64,000 nucleotides of DNA from Eledone cirrhosa (GCA_964016885.1 OZ024747.1:82212001-82276000); one strand, 5' to 3'. Positions 1 to 16,441 are shown, counted from the stretch's first letter. The notes: generated from the sequence alone by a model not told the origin. Numbers and translations are program-made.

Positions 1-1189
1 CGCACGCGCACATACATACTGTAAAGGAAACTACCTGAACTAATAGAGCACCCAATACGATTGTAGCATAATATATAAGCAAGAATTCGAGCTTGGTCTC
101 CTGCGTAAGGAGACTTTCCTTCCTTCCCCACTTGTCTCTAAGGCCTTGAAAAGGGTCAGGAAAACTGCCCTTCCGTCTGACGAAGTGAGAACTATACAAT
201 TGAGTAAAATGTATCGTTAATCTTATTGACGCCACTAGTGAACAACCCAAGAATAAGTAGGTACTGCTTTTAGACATCTCGTTCAGAAATCGATTATACT
301 AACATAACACCTCGTTCTGGCATCGCTTCACGAAAAACAATACTTCAGTCTCAGGAATAAAATATAAATATTAAATGATTAATTTAATAGTTGGCAACGT
401 TTTGCAGAAATGTGTCCAGGAACTGTTAGCCCTGTATCTCAAACAATTCTATAAAATATCTATCAGAAAGTCTCTTGATTCTCAACAGAAATTTTAAACT
501 TTCATATTTTTACTGAATACCGAAACTGCATTTGATACATTAGAATATAAGCAGGACTGATATGTTATGTGTAATGACTGGTACTTGACATCGGCCAACA
601 TCATGGGTCACATGACATGACCCCTTGAATGAAAATATTGTTTTACGTGTTTAACAACCAAGGAGATCGAAATTAAGGAAGAAAGTATAAGTGCTTTTTC
701 CATTTATTTCATTGAAAGCAATAGAAATGAACTTAAAATATGTAGGAATGTGATTTGAATTAGTGGAAAAATGAATGAACGAACGTAGTAGGCATGTCTA
801 CTGCTTCAATGGAGTGCATTATATCTTGCTGTCATCAAGTTAATGATAACTGGAATGGAAGTTGTAATCTTCCAAGAACGAAAGAAAATTTAAAAAATAA
901 AAAACATTTGAGGGATACCATCTTTTGTTGAGAAAACTGAAAAGTTGTAGTTTATCAATAAAATAATTCTTGTAATATTTCTGCTTTAAAATAAGTGATG
1001 AAAAGGTCGCAACAACCAAACAGTGAGAGTTTAGGGATGAATCTGTGCATTGCTACTGAATGGTGCAACGCTGTGTGCTGGGGAAGAAACGAAGAAGGCA
1101 AACTACACTGCTACTGGGAAGATAAACTAAGTTCAAGCTGTGTTATTTCCAACAAATCATCACTGATGTTGAATCATATATATATATGT

Positions 1190-1770
1190 CAGGTCACCAG
1201 TTGGTACTACTGGTAACATGGTCGGGTCGTTGGCGACTAAACTGGCAACCCCACCAATGTTTCTTGGTGAGGAGGGTGACTTTGGACATCCTGCAAGACT
1301 AAAAACAAAACCTGTCAAAGGGCAAAGGAGCTCTTAAGAGTCAATGGCCATCCAAAATCACCGGGAGAGATTACCCCTTAGCCTTTGTCAAGGCAGAATT
1401 CTAGGAGAAGGAAAACTCTGGATATAACGCCTACAACCCTGATGGTATCCAATGATGTTGACTTGTTCTTCTTTTTGGTAAATATCATCTTGGTTAAGAG
1501 AGTGGGACTGGCTTTGTGCAGTGCCTTTGCTCACTATAAAAGCTTCACGGCACAGGCATTGCTTTATATCTGGAGATCTCTCTGCACTTGTCGTCACATG
1601 GTACCATGGGCCCAGCACTATGTGTCAATAATTGTCACAAGTGTAGTGTTTGTTCCAGAGTTTTCAAGTCGCTGGCTGGACTAAAATGTCACACTCGTTC
1701 AGCGCATCGGTAGGGGTTCTCCTACATGGATATAAAGTAGTGGCCGTACTCGAAAACGAGTTGGCAGCCA

Positions 1771-1772
<2 letters not shown>
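1190..1772. mobile_element. Dispersed non-coding retroelement fragment, RTE 5'-UTR-like, ending at (TA)n
   Basis: About 1307-1772 recurs with few differences at 47177-47640, both ending in GAGTTGGCAGCCACC + (AT)n. CTAGGAGAAGGAAAACTCTG resembles RTE-clade 5' regions (recalled, not searched). Confidence 0.6.
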
Positions 1773-1838
<66 letters not shown>

Positions 1839-1975
1839 TGGCTGCCAACTCGTTTTCGAGTACGGCCACTACTTTATATCCATGTAGGAGAACCCCTACT
1901 GATGCGCTGAACGAGTGTGACATTTTAGTCCAGCCAGCGACTTGAAAATTCTGGTACAAACACTACACTTGTGAC
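1634..1975. repeat. 139-bp inverted repeat flanking a (TA)n spacer
   Basis: 1634-1772 is the reverse complement of 1837-1975 with a few mismatches; the ORF track shows mirror-image peptides. Confidence 0.95.
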
Positions 1976-2112
1976 TTCTCTGGTAGTTCAGAGATAGCTG
2001 TCGAAACGGTCGGGGTCCTGATTCTTTTCCTATTACCCACTCTACTACCCATAGTATCGAGTACTCTGGTGCGTTATGGTCCACCTGATTCATTACCACA
2101 CTTCCTTCGTTA
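1976..2112 (+). mobile_element. Truncated copy of HHR family B element
   Basis: TAGCTGTCGAAACGGTCGGGGTCCTG plus tail GAGTACTCTGGTGCGTTATGGTCCAC; segments shared with 12811-12900, 13035-13078, 60096-60170 and 61442-61592. Confidence 0.7.
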
Positions 2113-2173
2113 TATATATATATATATTTAGTTAGTCAGTTAAATATATATATATATATATGTATATATATTA

Positions 2174-2610
2174 GACCTGAAAAATGCCCAAGATCAAAAG
2201 AGCCACAGAATGTTATAATAAACCTTCAAAAGTGTGGGACTAGAGTTGTTGCTCAAAAATATTGTAATCATTATCTATTGTACACTCTGTGGCATCCTTT
2301 TATAAAAAAGAAACCCATAACGACCTCAAGACGACACGATAATTATTTAAGCTAATGTTCAATATCTCATATTAGATGTTTAGTAATGATTAATACGAAA
2401 TGCACTTAAACCGAATTCTATATTATAAATTCACTTAAATAATTATCGTGTCGTCTTGAGTTCGTTATGAGTCTCTTTTTTATAAAGGATGCCACAGAAT
2501 GTACGATAGATAATGATTACAATATTTTTGAGCAGCAACTCTAGTCCCACACTATTGAAGGTTTATTATAACATTCTGTGGCTCTTTTGAGCTTGCGCAT
2601 TTTTCAGGTC
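2174..2610. mobile_element. MITE-like fold-back element with ~180-bp TIRs and TA flanks
   Basis: TA|GACCTGAAAAATGC...GCATTTTTCAGGTC|TA; imperfect arms 2172-2351 and 2434-2612 around an ~80-bp spacer. Confidence 0.75.
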
Positions 2611-3148
2611 TAGTTTAATATTTTTTTAAGGCAACGCTTGTAATAACTTTAGTTAAACATGATATATATTAATAATAAATTATCGTTGTAATGTAATTAG
2701 ATTATATAATTGTTATTTTATAAATGATCTTATAAATATTATTGTAAGATGCATAAACATATTTTCAGACTTTTAATATAAACAACTACAAAAAACAATC
2801 AATATTAAATAAATATATTTTTCATACTAATTGTTATAGTTGAATTAATAAAAATTAAATATTACATACAAATAGTCTAGCATAATAATAATAAAATAAT
2901 CTAACATAATAATAAAAAAATAATCTAACATAAAACGAACAATAATATGGACAAATATACAAGTAAATATGATACAACCAATATTATAAGCATGTTATAA
3001 CCAACTGAAAAAAAAATAGTTAATATAAATTTAAAAAATCGTATATAACTTAACAATATAACTTACCAAAACGAGAAAAATATTTTGATGTTAAACGACG
3101 AAATACAGGAGGAAGATTCAAAAGCGAAACGATAAATAAACGTGCAAA

Positions 3149-3227
3149 CAAAATGGCGGATGCTTTTGAGCAACAATTACTCTCGTTGGCTGATTAGCCA
3201 ATAAGACGATGAAATTAGCCAATAAGA
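3149..3227 (+). promoter_or_regulatory. Promoter-like motif cluster (YY1-like site and two CCAAT boxes)
   Basis: CAAAATGGCGG at 3149-3159; ATTAGCCAATAAGA twice (3193, 3214; 21-bp spacing). No associated transcript is visible. Confidence 0.25.
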
Positions 3228-3388
3228 GGTTAGATTACAAAACATGTTTAGCAGCGATCACCACGGCGAGCGACACCCCTTGAATTTTTTATTCACAAGC
3301 TACGCATATATGTCAGACACGCAGACTTAAAACATTCTGTTGTTAGTCACTGCGTGTCTAAGAGAAAAAAAGTGAGAGAGAGAGAAAG

Positions 3389-3428
<40 letters not shown>

Positions 3429-4729
3429 TATGTGTGTGTGTGTGAGTACGCGTGTGTATGGTTATATGATATTATTTTGGTAACCGTACACGTTTTACCA
3501 TCTATATTAATATTTAAAATATATCTGGCCACATAAATTCACAATATTTTGCATAGATTGCTTTAAAAGTCTGACAATCGTCATTTTGTCCGAGAATTCT
3601 TCTTTAATAAGAATTGCTATAATTCAATTCGTCTTGTACATGTTGAGTTTATGAAAACATAAACAAAATTAGATTCTAAAATAAAATTGTAATCTTACAT
3701 TTCTTCTTTTCTCGGAAAACATGCTTTTTTTTCAAAGTATTGTACTCATTTACATAATTTCTCTAAATGAATTATTTTTGTAAGCAGTTACCCTTTCCAA
3801 TGTTTATTTCTGGGATTCAGTGTACACAATCTTGTTGATTGCTGCCTAGCGCTAAAAATAAGTTCCAAGAAACAACAAATAGTTTATTAATATTTTCTTG
3901 GAAAAGTGTGTTCCTATGCAATACTTCGACTAATTTGATGTAAATGGTATGGCCTACAGCTTACGACATACATGCATACATATATGCATTCCCTATTAAA
4001 GATTTAAAATATTTATAAAATGTGTGTATGCTTGCGCATACTTGTGTATTATATATTTTATTGTATCTAATATATTCAAATTGTAGTTCAAATGAATTCA
4101 GTAATCGTTTATAATATTCCATTCTATTCAACATATACAGTTAATAATAAGATAGATTACTTCATTTTCTATGCAGAAAATATATGCAAATGTGTGTACA
4201 TACGTGCCAATATAAATGCATGTACAAATATGTTTCCGTCGCCATTTTAATCATTTTTATCGTCGTTTAGGAGACTTTGTAACTGACGCTTGGTGATAAA
4301 ACTATCATCGAGTGATATATACAACATTTACTACGACGTCTCTTTCATTCAAACTCTTCTATGTTTATGAAGAAGACAAGTGTAAATCAATAGACTATTC
4401 TCGTTAAATTTACATGACTTATTTCATTAAATTTAATTTAATGTATGACAGCGTCGTCTCAACATCTTACAACACATCAGTCGCCAATTAGATTAGATAC
4501 CAGAGCCAATGCGACAAATTGGCAGAGTTATTAGAGCGTCGAATTATTTAATCTGACGCTCTAACGATTTGTACCAGTCTTCTGCGCACTGAGTTTAAAT
4601 CCTATTGATGTCAACTTTACCAAATCAGTGGTCATATATTGGCAGAACTATTAAATAATCAGGCAAACGGGTTAGAACCTAAAGCAAAAAGAATACCAAT
4701 ACAATACTAGTAATGAAAGGCTTAAGTAA

Positions 4730-5040
4730 TCACATTGATGGCCTCCCCACAGCCCCGGCGGACAGAATAGAGAAGTCTTTTGCCTGGAGGATGGTAATGG
4801 AGATGTGCTGGAAGAGCCATTCCAACTCGCGAGGCTCACACCTGCGGCTAGCCAGCTCAGCACCTAAGGTGGTGAGTAGGGAGGTAGCCCTAGGACCGAG
4901 GACACCAGAAGTCTCCATTGCCAAGGGTACGACCGCAAACCTGTCGGAGAACGACCGGTATTTGGAGAGTTTGGCCTCCTCAGCCCGACGAGCAGCAGAA
5001 CCTGTGTTAGTTGCCGACTGCACCAGGTTGCCGCTGGGGG
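4730..5040 (-). pseudogene. C-terminal restriction-like endonuclease (RLE) fragment of a CRE/R2-group non-LTR retrotransposon
   Basis: Peptide AARRAEEAKLSKY..FAVVPLAMETSGVLG..LFQHISITIL fits the AE-K-KY...P-A-ET-G pattern of RLE domains; local GC-rich island. Confidence 0.75.
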
Positions 5041-5795
5041 TGATTTGCGGTATCTATCCTGATGTCCGTTCTGAGTTTAACTCCTGCCTCCTGTCACCGA
5101 AAAAGCAGTGTCAGCTCTTCCAAGTGTTACGACCAGCAGTGTATAACCTATTCCCAGCTGACTGGCCTCACGTAGAAAACAATTGATCTAAAAAAATAAA
5201 CTATCATATCATTCTTAAATAGTAATTCAAATATGTTCATGAGGTTTCGTACTCTACAGATTTAACTCTCTTGATACTAGATTGCTTGCAACTGACCCTT
5301 GGTTCTATGATACAAACAAAATTTTGTTTAAAATGTTTATATTTATCTAAAATCCTTTCATGATAATTTTATTTAAGAACCTTTCTTAGCTTATTATCAG
5401 CTTAATAATGCGAAAGCTAGTTATATATTGAAATCTCTCCAAATCTTCCATTGCTTTCAACAGACATCGTCATTCATTAAACATATGGTAACAAAAGGGT
5501 TAACGAACTTTTTAATGAGTTTTGTGACAGAGTGGTAACTTCTTGAAATATAAAATCTACTACCCAACTATGATTCTCAGGATCAACGACTTTATTTTAA
5601 GCTGCTATGCCTGTTGGAATAACATTAACGGATCAATCTTACATCTCCTTCCTTTAATGCACGTGTATAATACTAATTCTCATGTCGATTGCATATTTTA
5701 ATGATTAGTTATAAACCTAGGATAAATCACAAGCCAGAACGTTATTAAGTCGGTCTATGCGTGACAATTTGTTTATACACTACCAGTAGACACGA

Positions 5796-6130
5796 ATATG
5801 GCTGAGTGGCTAAGAGGTTCGCTTTGCAATAATAAATGTGGTCTCGAGTTTGACTCAATTGCATATCATCTTGGGCACGTATCTTCATCATCACCACGTT
5901 TTAATGCAAATCTTATGAGATAAATTGTGTAGAGGAAAACGGTATGGAAGCGTGTTGGATAGATATACCTGCAATTCAAAGGTCCAGCCTTGTCATGTAT
6001 TGTGTGAAACTTTCTGTCGGAGAAGTACGTGAAGGATGCGCCTGTTTGTGGAATATTCAACTACCAACATGTGACTTCACGGGACGGACATTCTATTGAT
6101 CGAACTAAATTCTCACAGTGGAAACCAACG
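5796..6130 (+). mobile_element. Degenerate tRNA-derived CORE-type SINE
   Basis: TGGCTGAGTGG A-box-like head; tail TTCAAAGGTCCAGCCTTGTCA shared with 17745-17995. Confidence 0.55.
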
Positions 6131-6949
6131 CAGAATCCATCATGCCTGCCAAAGACACTTCGCCGTGAATTATTTAATTCACACGCAATCCGCTACTATG
6201 TTTAAAAACAGTCTAAAACATTTCGTGACCAATCTAATTGGAGGTGAACGTTTGTTGTGGTTTTGAACTTAATGTCTGAGTTGGAAAGTAATTTCATAGT
6301 TCATCGACTTACTCATTTCGAGCTAGATGTGAGAGCCGCAATTTGATAGAAGTAGTAACTAAATCGTGCTCAAGGCACACCGTAATATGTTAAAGAAAGC
6401 AAAGAACATATTGGATAATGTAGTCCTCGATACAATGAAAAAATAGACGGGATAGTCTTGGTTGGATTACCTTTTTATTATAGGTCTGTTGGATCAAGGC
6501 TGACCGAGGGTTAAAAAAAACAAAAAAACTGAACTTACATTTATCAAAAAGATGGTTTTTTTTTTTGTCTCTGACGCTTTGTCATATTTGATTGAGTCAG
6601 AAGATCAAGCCATAGTCATTATTACCAAGATGGCATAAACTTTTATTTCTTAACTTTCCCTTTCGTGATGGACACTGCATAGACAGGCGAGTTAGGGACA
6701 TTCACAGTGAAATAGTTGTTAATTATATTTAGTCGAGTTAAACCCAAATCGACCGGAGCTGTCATCGAGGACGTTCCACTTGTGACCATTGCGTCCTTTT
6801 TTTCAAACACAATCTATCATAGATGTGGCTTTCCTTTTGAGAACTGTAGAGTGTCACTTCGCTGTTATTTCTAGCTGGTGAATCACCACGTAGAAGCTAT
6901 AATTGTGACTCCTGTTAATGACGGAAATGATGCATTTTGAAGTATTTCT

Positions 6950-7020
<71 letters not shown>
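6950..7020. repeat. (AGT)n microsatellite; a second tract lies at 7215-7298
   Basis: Direct inspection. Confidence 0.95.
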
Positions 7021-7039
7021 TATCGTCGTCATCGTAATA

Positions 7040-7205
7040 ACTGTTTCTACTTTTGGCACAAGGCCAGCAATTACCCCAGTACGTTACTGGTACTTTATTT
7101 TATCGACCCCGTAAGGATGAAAGGCAAAGTTAACCTCGGCGGGATTTGAACTCAGCCCGTAAAGGGGCGCAACTCTATGCTACAAAGCTTGGCGATACTG
7201 CCAAT
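7040..7205 (-). mobile_element. tRNA-derived SINE, abundant family A
   Basis: Reverse complement of TGAGTTCAAATCCCGCCGAGGTTAACTTTGCCTTTCATCCTTACGGGGTCGATAAAATAAAGTACCAG, which recurs throughout the window. Confidence 0.85.
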
Positions 7206-7214
7206 AGCAGCAAC

Positions 7215-7255
<41 letters not shown>

Positions 7256-7926
7256 CAGCAGCAGCAGCAGTAGTAGTAGTAGTGGTAGTAGTAGTAGTCT
7301 TTATTGGTATTTTTTTTATTGCTATATTAGTCAGGAGTGGGGACCAGCAGATATTACCAGCAATGGAAACATAAGTTACCTTGATCCGATCTCAAGACCG
7401 GTTCCTTTCCTATACTTTTACATATTTTAAAAGTTATTTTCTCAGTTGATTTGACTGTTGTCGTTAACCTCACTTTCGTCGCGTATATCTCTTTGATGTT
7501 ATTTGTAGTGGTAAAGTTATAGATGTCGCTATGGCTGGTATCATATTTATACTAACATAAGCTGCTGTTGTTTATTTTTTTGGTTCTTCCTGTTGCTGCT
7601 AATTTTGTTCTCCTTCTTATTGTTATTGCTGCTGTTGTTGCACGTTTCACTTATTCCAGATAACAATGGATTTATTTTGTATAGCTTTCTAATAGTTCGA
7701 GTCAATTTACTAATAGCTTGACCTAGGAAAATACCTTGCCAAATACGGTGGCTGTAAGCCAGTAAAGAACTTTTGATCGATAATTACATCGATCGATCAA
7801 TAATTACATGGATAGATACAGAGATATATACAGATAGACAACAGACAGACAGACAACTGTGTTGGTAGTCAGTCAGATCGCGCTGATAATTTATTCTGAT
7901 ATTGCTAGGCAGACAGATAGATAGCT

Positions 7927-7963
<37 letters not shown>

Positions 7964-7973
7964 CGAATGTGTG

Positions 7974-8023
<50 letters not shown>

Positions 8024-9529
8024 GTCAATAACTTCAAGTTATACGACCTGAGGAGGACCAGCATGTTCTTGCAGAGTAAAGGACGACTGCCTTCTGCTAC
8101 AAGCTTGTAACGTTAAGTCCATATATATATGAAACCGAATCTACACCTGAAGACACCGGCCAAGCAGTGTGCAGAAAAAGATATGTGAGTAAGGTACAAG
8201 ACAAGTTTAAGCAAGAATTTCATTCATAGGTCTGGTATTTCGGACACTCTGAAATGAAAACAGCTACTATTCTAGTGGAAAACGTGAATAATTGAAAGAC
8301 GAGAGTAATTCCTATAACACGGAGAATACTAGAAAATCTCAGTTGATTCACCAACAGATCAAAGAAATGAGCGCTTTGTACCAGCAAAAAATATAGAATA
8401 CCCCTGGAGTTAATATCTTCAAACAAATACCTCAACTCCAAAATGAAGCTTTCAGGAGCTATATGCACATAAATAAATATTTACTCTCCTCAAGGAAACA
8501 TCAGTCCCCTGACATACAATATACACAGACGTAGAAAGCCCACCTTAAAAATACGCTGCATACTCAGTCTCCCTGAAACTAGTACTCTATTCTTACGCTC
8601 TCCTCTCTCAACATTTCACCTTTTATATGTACTCTGTCTTATTAAAGAATAATTAGATATATCCTAATTTTACCATACACAATACACACTTCTCCACACA
8701 TTCAACGTAATTCTAAACAAAACATTTACCAGGTCGAATAAACAGGTAAAACATTTAATTCCAGAGTTACTTTCCCTTCACCTATTATAAATCTCTGTTA
8801 AACTCATACCTTACCGGGAGACCTTCACCAAATCTCGTTCAGATATTTTATCCATGTGCCTAAAGACGTGGCCTATGCAATATTGTCAAACTATGAAACA
8901 TAAGGTGAGGCAATAAATTTCCATGTAGTGGGGCGGCTAATTAGACTAATTACTATGTAATTCTGGCATGGTCTTAAGTGGCCTTTCTTCGGAATGGGCA
9001 TCATAATGATAAGGGCCATTGCCTTAGTTACTTTTTCGTTTTTTATATCTTCTCATATATATATAAAGAAGGATATATTGATAGAGGATTAGGCAACTCT
9101 ACTAATGATAAAGAGTGTAAGAAATTATATAAGATATATAAATTGGCATATGTACATCCATACATATATATACATATGTACACAAACACGCATTCATGCA
9201 AACACATACATACATACACACGCAAACACATACATACATACACACGCAAACACATACATACACACGCACACACATACATACATATGCTCACTTGCTTTGC
9301 CTGGCTAGCATGTGATACAAATACATAGACGATGATACCACTAGATATACATGCCAAATGAATACGAATCATAGATTTTAACATTGTAGATAGTAAAAAT
9401 ACATTCATAATACATGTCTGAGACATAACCAAGCTTGGGTATCAATAGAACCGCCATGCAAAGAAATGTGAGCAGATGTCTGCTGGAATCTCGTATTTCC
9501 ACCTGGTCTACTTGATCACAGGCTTATAT

Positions 9530-10430
9530 GTATCTGTGTGTGTACCAACGTATAGGTGTGTGTGAGAGTGTGTGAGTGTGTGTGAGTGTGTGTGTGTATG
9601 TATGTGTATGTGTGTTTGTGTATACCAACGGATGTGTATCTGTGTGTTTGTGCGTACCAACGGATATGTGTGTGTGTGTGTGTATGTGTGTGTGTGTGAG
9701 AGTGAGAGTGTATGTGTGAGTGTGTGTGAGTGTGTGTGTATGTATGTGTATGTGTGTTTGTGTATACCAACTGATGTGTATCTGTGTGTGTGTGCGTACC
9801 AACGGATATGCGTGTGTGTGTGTGAGAGTGAGAGTGTATGTGTGAGTGTGTGTGAGTGTGTGTGTATGTATGTGTATGTGTGTTTGTGTATACCAACTGA
9901 TGTGTATCTGTGTGTTTGTGCGTACCAACGGATATGTGTGTGTGTGTACGTGTGTGTGGGAGTGAGAGTGTCTGTGTGAGTGTGTGTGAGTGTGTGTGTG
10001 TATGTATGTGTGTTTGTGTGTACCAACGCATGTGTATCTGTGTGTTTGTGCGTACCAACCGATATGTGTGTGTGTGAGAGTGAGAGTGTGTGTTTGAATG
10101 TGTGTGTGTATGTGTGTGTGTGTGTGAGTGTGTGTGTGAGTGTCTGTGTATGTATGTGTATGTGTGTTTGTGTGTACCAACGGATGTGTATATGTGTATA
10201 TGTGTGTTTGTGCGTACCAACGGATGTGTGTGTGTACGTGTGAGTGTCTGTGTTTGTGTGTGTGTATGTGTATGTGTGTGTGTGTATGTGTATGTGTGTG
10301 TGTGTGTGTGTGAATGTATAAGTGGCAAACAATGAGTATGTATCTGTGTGTTTGTGCGTACCAACAGATGTGCGTGGGTATGTGTATGTGTATGTGTGTG
10401 TAAATGGCAAACAATGAGTGTGTGTGTATC
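9530..10430. repeat. Complex GT-rich minisatellite with recurring GTACCAACGGAT motif
   Basis: Direct inspection. Confidence 0.85.
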
Positions 10431-10767
10431 TGTGTTAATAGACAAAATATCAACCACACGTAAACATATACATGTGACTACTCCACCAATATATGTGTAC
10501 AAACACATATATACACAAACAGACATATACACATATATATGTGCATATGATATACATGCAAATACTTCCCCATACATAGATAAACACACACATACAGACA
10601 TAAAAACACATATACACATAGAGATACAAACACATACACACAAACATATACACATACAAACATACATATACACATACACACACACATACATACACACATA
10701 CTACACATATATACATACATACATTAACACAATTAAAAGACGGTGTATATATATATATATAATAAAG

Positions 10768-11280
<513 letters not shown>

Positions 11281-11315
11281 GTATACATATACATACAGGG
11301 TGTTCGGGATATATA

Positions 11316-12803
<1,488 letters not shown>

Positions 12804-12973
12804 AAGTACATTTTCCTATTTCCTACTCTACTACCCTAAGTTTTGAGTACTCTGGTGCGTTATGGTCCATCTGGGGTTCCTTACCACAATTCCTTTGTTA
12901 TATATATATATAAATATATATATATATTTTTTTTTTACCAATCCCTTTGACAATTACTATCTTCCCATATAAG

Positions 12974-13078
12974 GTAATACCCCCTGAGAAGTTCGGCTAT
13001 TTATTTACCAGGCTAAAAATTGTTATGTAGTCCAGAAATAGCCGTCGAAATGGCTTGAGCTCTGCCGTCGGGTTATAC
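12974..13078 (+). ncRNA. Type I hammerhead-like motif, family B (degenerate core)
   Basis: CCC-CTGAGAA-GTTCGGCTATTT...AAATAGCCGTC-GAAA-TGGC ttgagctct GCCG-TC-GGG; all three stems can be drawn, but the core deviates from CTGANGA. Confidence 0.6.
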
Positions 13079-13083
13079 TTGTT

Positions 13084-13152
<69 letters not shown>

Positions 13153-13168
13153 TCACACACACACACAT

Positions 13169-13205
<37 letters not shown>

Positions 13206-13299
13206 ATTATATCCACCGAGATAATTCCCATATGACTGTAAATAAGTTTCTCTAATTTTGTTTATTCTGCTATAAACGTTTTCTGAAATATTAAGGAAC

Positions 13300-13376
13300 A
13301 CACTGGAACACATGCAGAGACGAACATACATACACCAACACAGACATATACACACATATACAAACACACATACATA

Positions 13377-13420
<44 letters not shown>

Positions 13421-13920
13421 CACATACACACACCAACACAGACACATACACACACATACAAACACACATACATACACGCACAGGCACATACATCCACCAA
13501 CACAGACACATACACACACATACAAACACACATATTCGAACACACAGCCACATACATGCACCAACACAGAAAACATACACACACACACAGCACACACCAA
13601 CACAGATACATACACACACATACACACAGCACACACATACATACAAAAGCACAGACACATACATGCACCAACATAGAAAACATACAGACACATACATACA
13701 CCAACATAGAAAACATACAGACACACATACATGCACCAACATAGAAAACATACAGACACACATACATGCACCAACATAGAAAACATACAGACACACATAC
13801 ATGCACCAACATAGAAAACATACAGACACACATACAAACACACACACATACATACACACAGACACATACATGCACCAACACAGAAAACATACAGACAGAT
13901 ACAAATATGTATACACACAT
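13300..13920. repeat. CA-rich minisatellite with ~35-bp ACCAACATAGAAAACATACAGACACACATACATGC units
   Basis: Direct inspection. Confidence 0.85.
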
Positions 13921-14096
13921 ACTCACTACGTGTTATGGGTGTTTTCTAGACCAATAAAACAGAAACGAAAAGAGATATTCGAGTTTAGAAAATGCAATAT
14001 GTCTGGCATGTAAGGCTTGGTAGGTAAACTTAGTGAAGTTGGAATGGAGGTGAAGTTTGCACAGAAGTATCTCACAGCAAAGTGTTTGTGTGTGTA

Positions 14097-14183
<87 letters not shown>

Positions 14184-14299
14184 ATATATATATATTTATA
14201 TATATATATTTATATATGTGTATATATATATATATTTATATATATGTATATATGTCTATATATATTTTTATATATATGTTTATATATGTCTATATATAT

Positions 14300-14383
<84 letters not shown>

Positions 14384-15443
14384 ATACATATATGTATATG
14401 TGTATATATATATGTGTGTGTGTGTATACATATATGTATACACATATATATGTATATATATGTATATATATATATGTGTATAAATATGTATATATATATG
14501 TATATATATATGGATACACACATATATATATATTGTAGAATATTTTATGTAGGCTGCGATGATGAGATTGCATTTACCTTCTTAAAGACGTTTTATACTA
14601 TTTGCTCTATTCAGTGTGAATAACTTTGCGAATTTCTGAGTAGCTACTTGAAAAGTCCTCTCTAGCGAAATAAAACGGTCTGGAACCGGTAGATTTTACG
14701 AAATCGCTGTGAGACCGGAACTCAACCTATGAGATTTTATAGCTAAAGAGAAAGAAAAGAAAGCGAGCAATATGTTGGATCTGTGACTACTAATATATAT
14801 GCAGAAGTTGATATTCGCCGATAGTCGATTCTCGTCAGATCTAAGGGTTATTCTTTCTTTTTTTTAATAGTATCTAGAGAAGTTAACTAAATATAGTTAT
14901 CATCTTCGCTATGTAGATAGTTTTCAAAGGTACGTAAATAATAAATAAATAGTAGTAAATAGATGACTTACTGAAGCAAAATCTGCTTTGAATAGTTTAA
15001 AAGTTAACTTTTACAAGCTAGAAACAAATCAAAGCAGGCTGGGCAACTGATCCATTAAATGTACGTAAAACTTACAACGAGATATGGAGGTTTCGACATT
15101 TTGAACAATTAAGCAAATGTTTCACTCTTTCCCAGTAGATTAATAGACACGATTTTGTAGGTACTGTATTATTGTTTTCTTATATACAAGCGCGCACAAA
15201 AAGAAAAAAATAACACGCATACATATGCATAAAAGCTTACATCTCTTGCAAAATTATACAGTTGAGTTTTAAAAGAAACTGTTCATATAAATACATATAC
15301 CGGGTTTCTCTCCCACCTCTCTCTCTATCTTTCTCTCTCTGTAAACGTTTTTTATTTTATTTTGTATACGCATGTTTAAGCTCAGTTTAATGTTGCACGA
15401 AATACATTTTGTATGACTTTTTTCCGGAGATGACAATATATAT

Positions 15444-15830
<387 letters not shown>

Positions 15831-15854
15831 TATATATAGAGAGAGAATCGGGCT

Positions 15855-15975
15855 TACAATGGTGATGTTGTGAGTTCGATTCTCGGACCGGGCTTTTCAT
15901 TGTGTTCTTGAACAAGACACTTTATTTCACGTTGCTCCAGTTCACTCAGTTGTAGAAATGAGTTGTGACGACTCT
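15855..15975 (+). mobile_element. CORE-type SINE fragment
   Basis: GAGTTCGATTCTCGGACCGGG...TTGTGTTCTTGAACAAGACACTTTATTTCACGTTGCTCC, as at 62431-62550. Confidence 0.75.
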
Positions 15976-16199
15976 GTGCCAAACGAATACGGAAACTGGG
16001 GGGCGCTTGGTATCTTGAATATTGTGCTGTCTCGAGTAATGCCGTCAGTGTAAATTCCATTTTAGAGTTCTATAGAGGACTAGTGGTGTGAAAGTGCGAC
16101 GACATTCTCGGAGAGGCTCTGGACGTCGAAAAAATCAAACTGACCAGTCTGTTCCGGCCAATAAATAAATAATAATTATTATTATTATTTAAAACTTCA

Positions 16200-16400
16200 G
16201 GGCGGTGGATTGGCAGTATCGGTAGAGAGTCGGACGCCATGCTTTGCAACATAGAGTTACGGTCCTTTATGATCTGAGTTCAAATCCCGCCGAGGTTAAC
16301 TTTGCCTTTCATCCGTATGGGGTCGATAAAATAAAGTACAAGTCACGCACTGAGGTCGATTTAATCGAAAATTGCTGGTCTTGTGCCTATATAAGAAACC
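16200..16400 (+). mobile_element. SINE family A
   Basis: Full head GGGCGGTGGATTGGCAGTATCGG through the family body. Confidence 0.85.
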
Positions 16401-16441
16401 ATTATAATTATATATTTATTTTTAGATTAAACGGATAATTA

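Noticed and set aside
8200-8920. Penelope GIY-YIG remnant with terminal HHR (CTAAAGA...GAAACATAAGGTG..AATAAA)
   Set aside because: Suggestive layout but too degenerate to support by eye; needs tBLASTn.
9508-10697. Long His/Thr or Cys/Val ORFs, and all YIYI ORFs elsewhere
   Set aside because: Microsatellite read-through.
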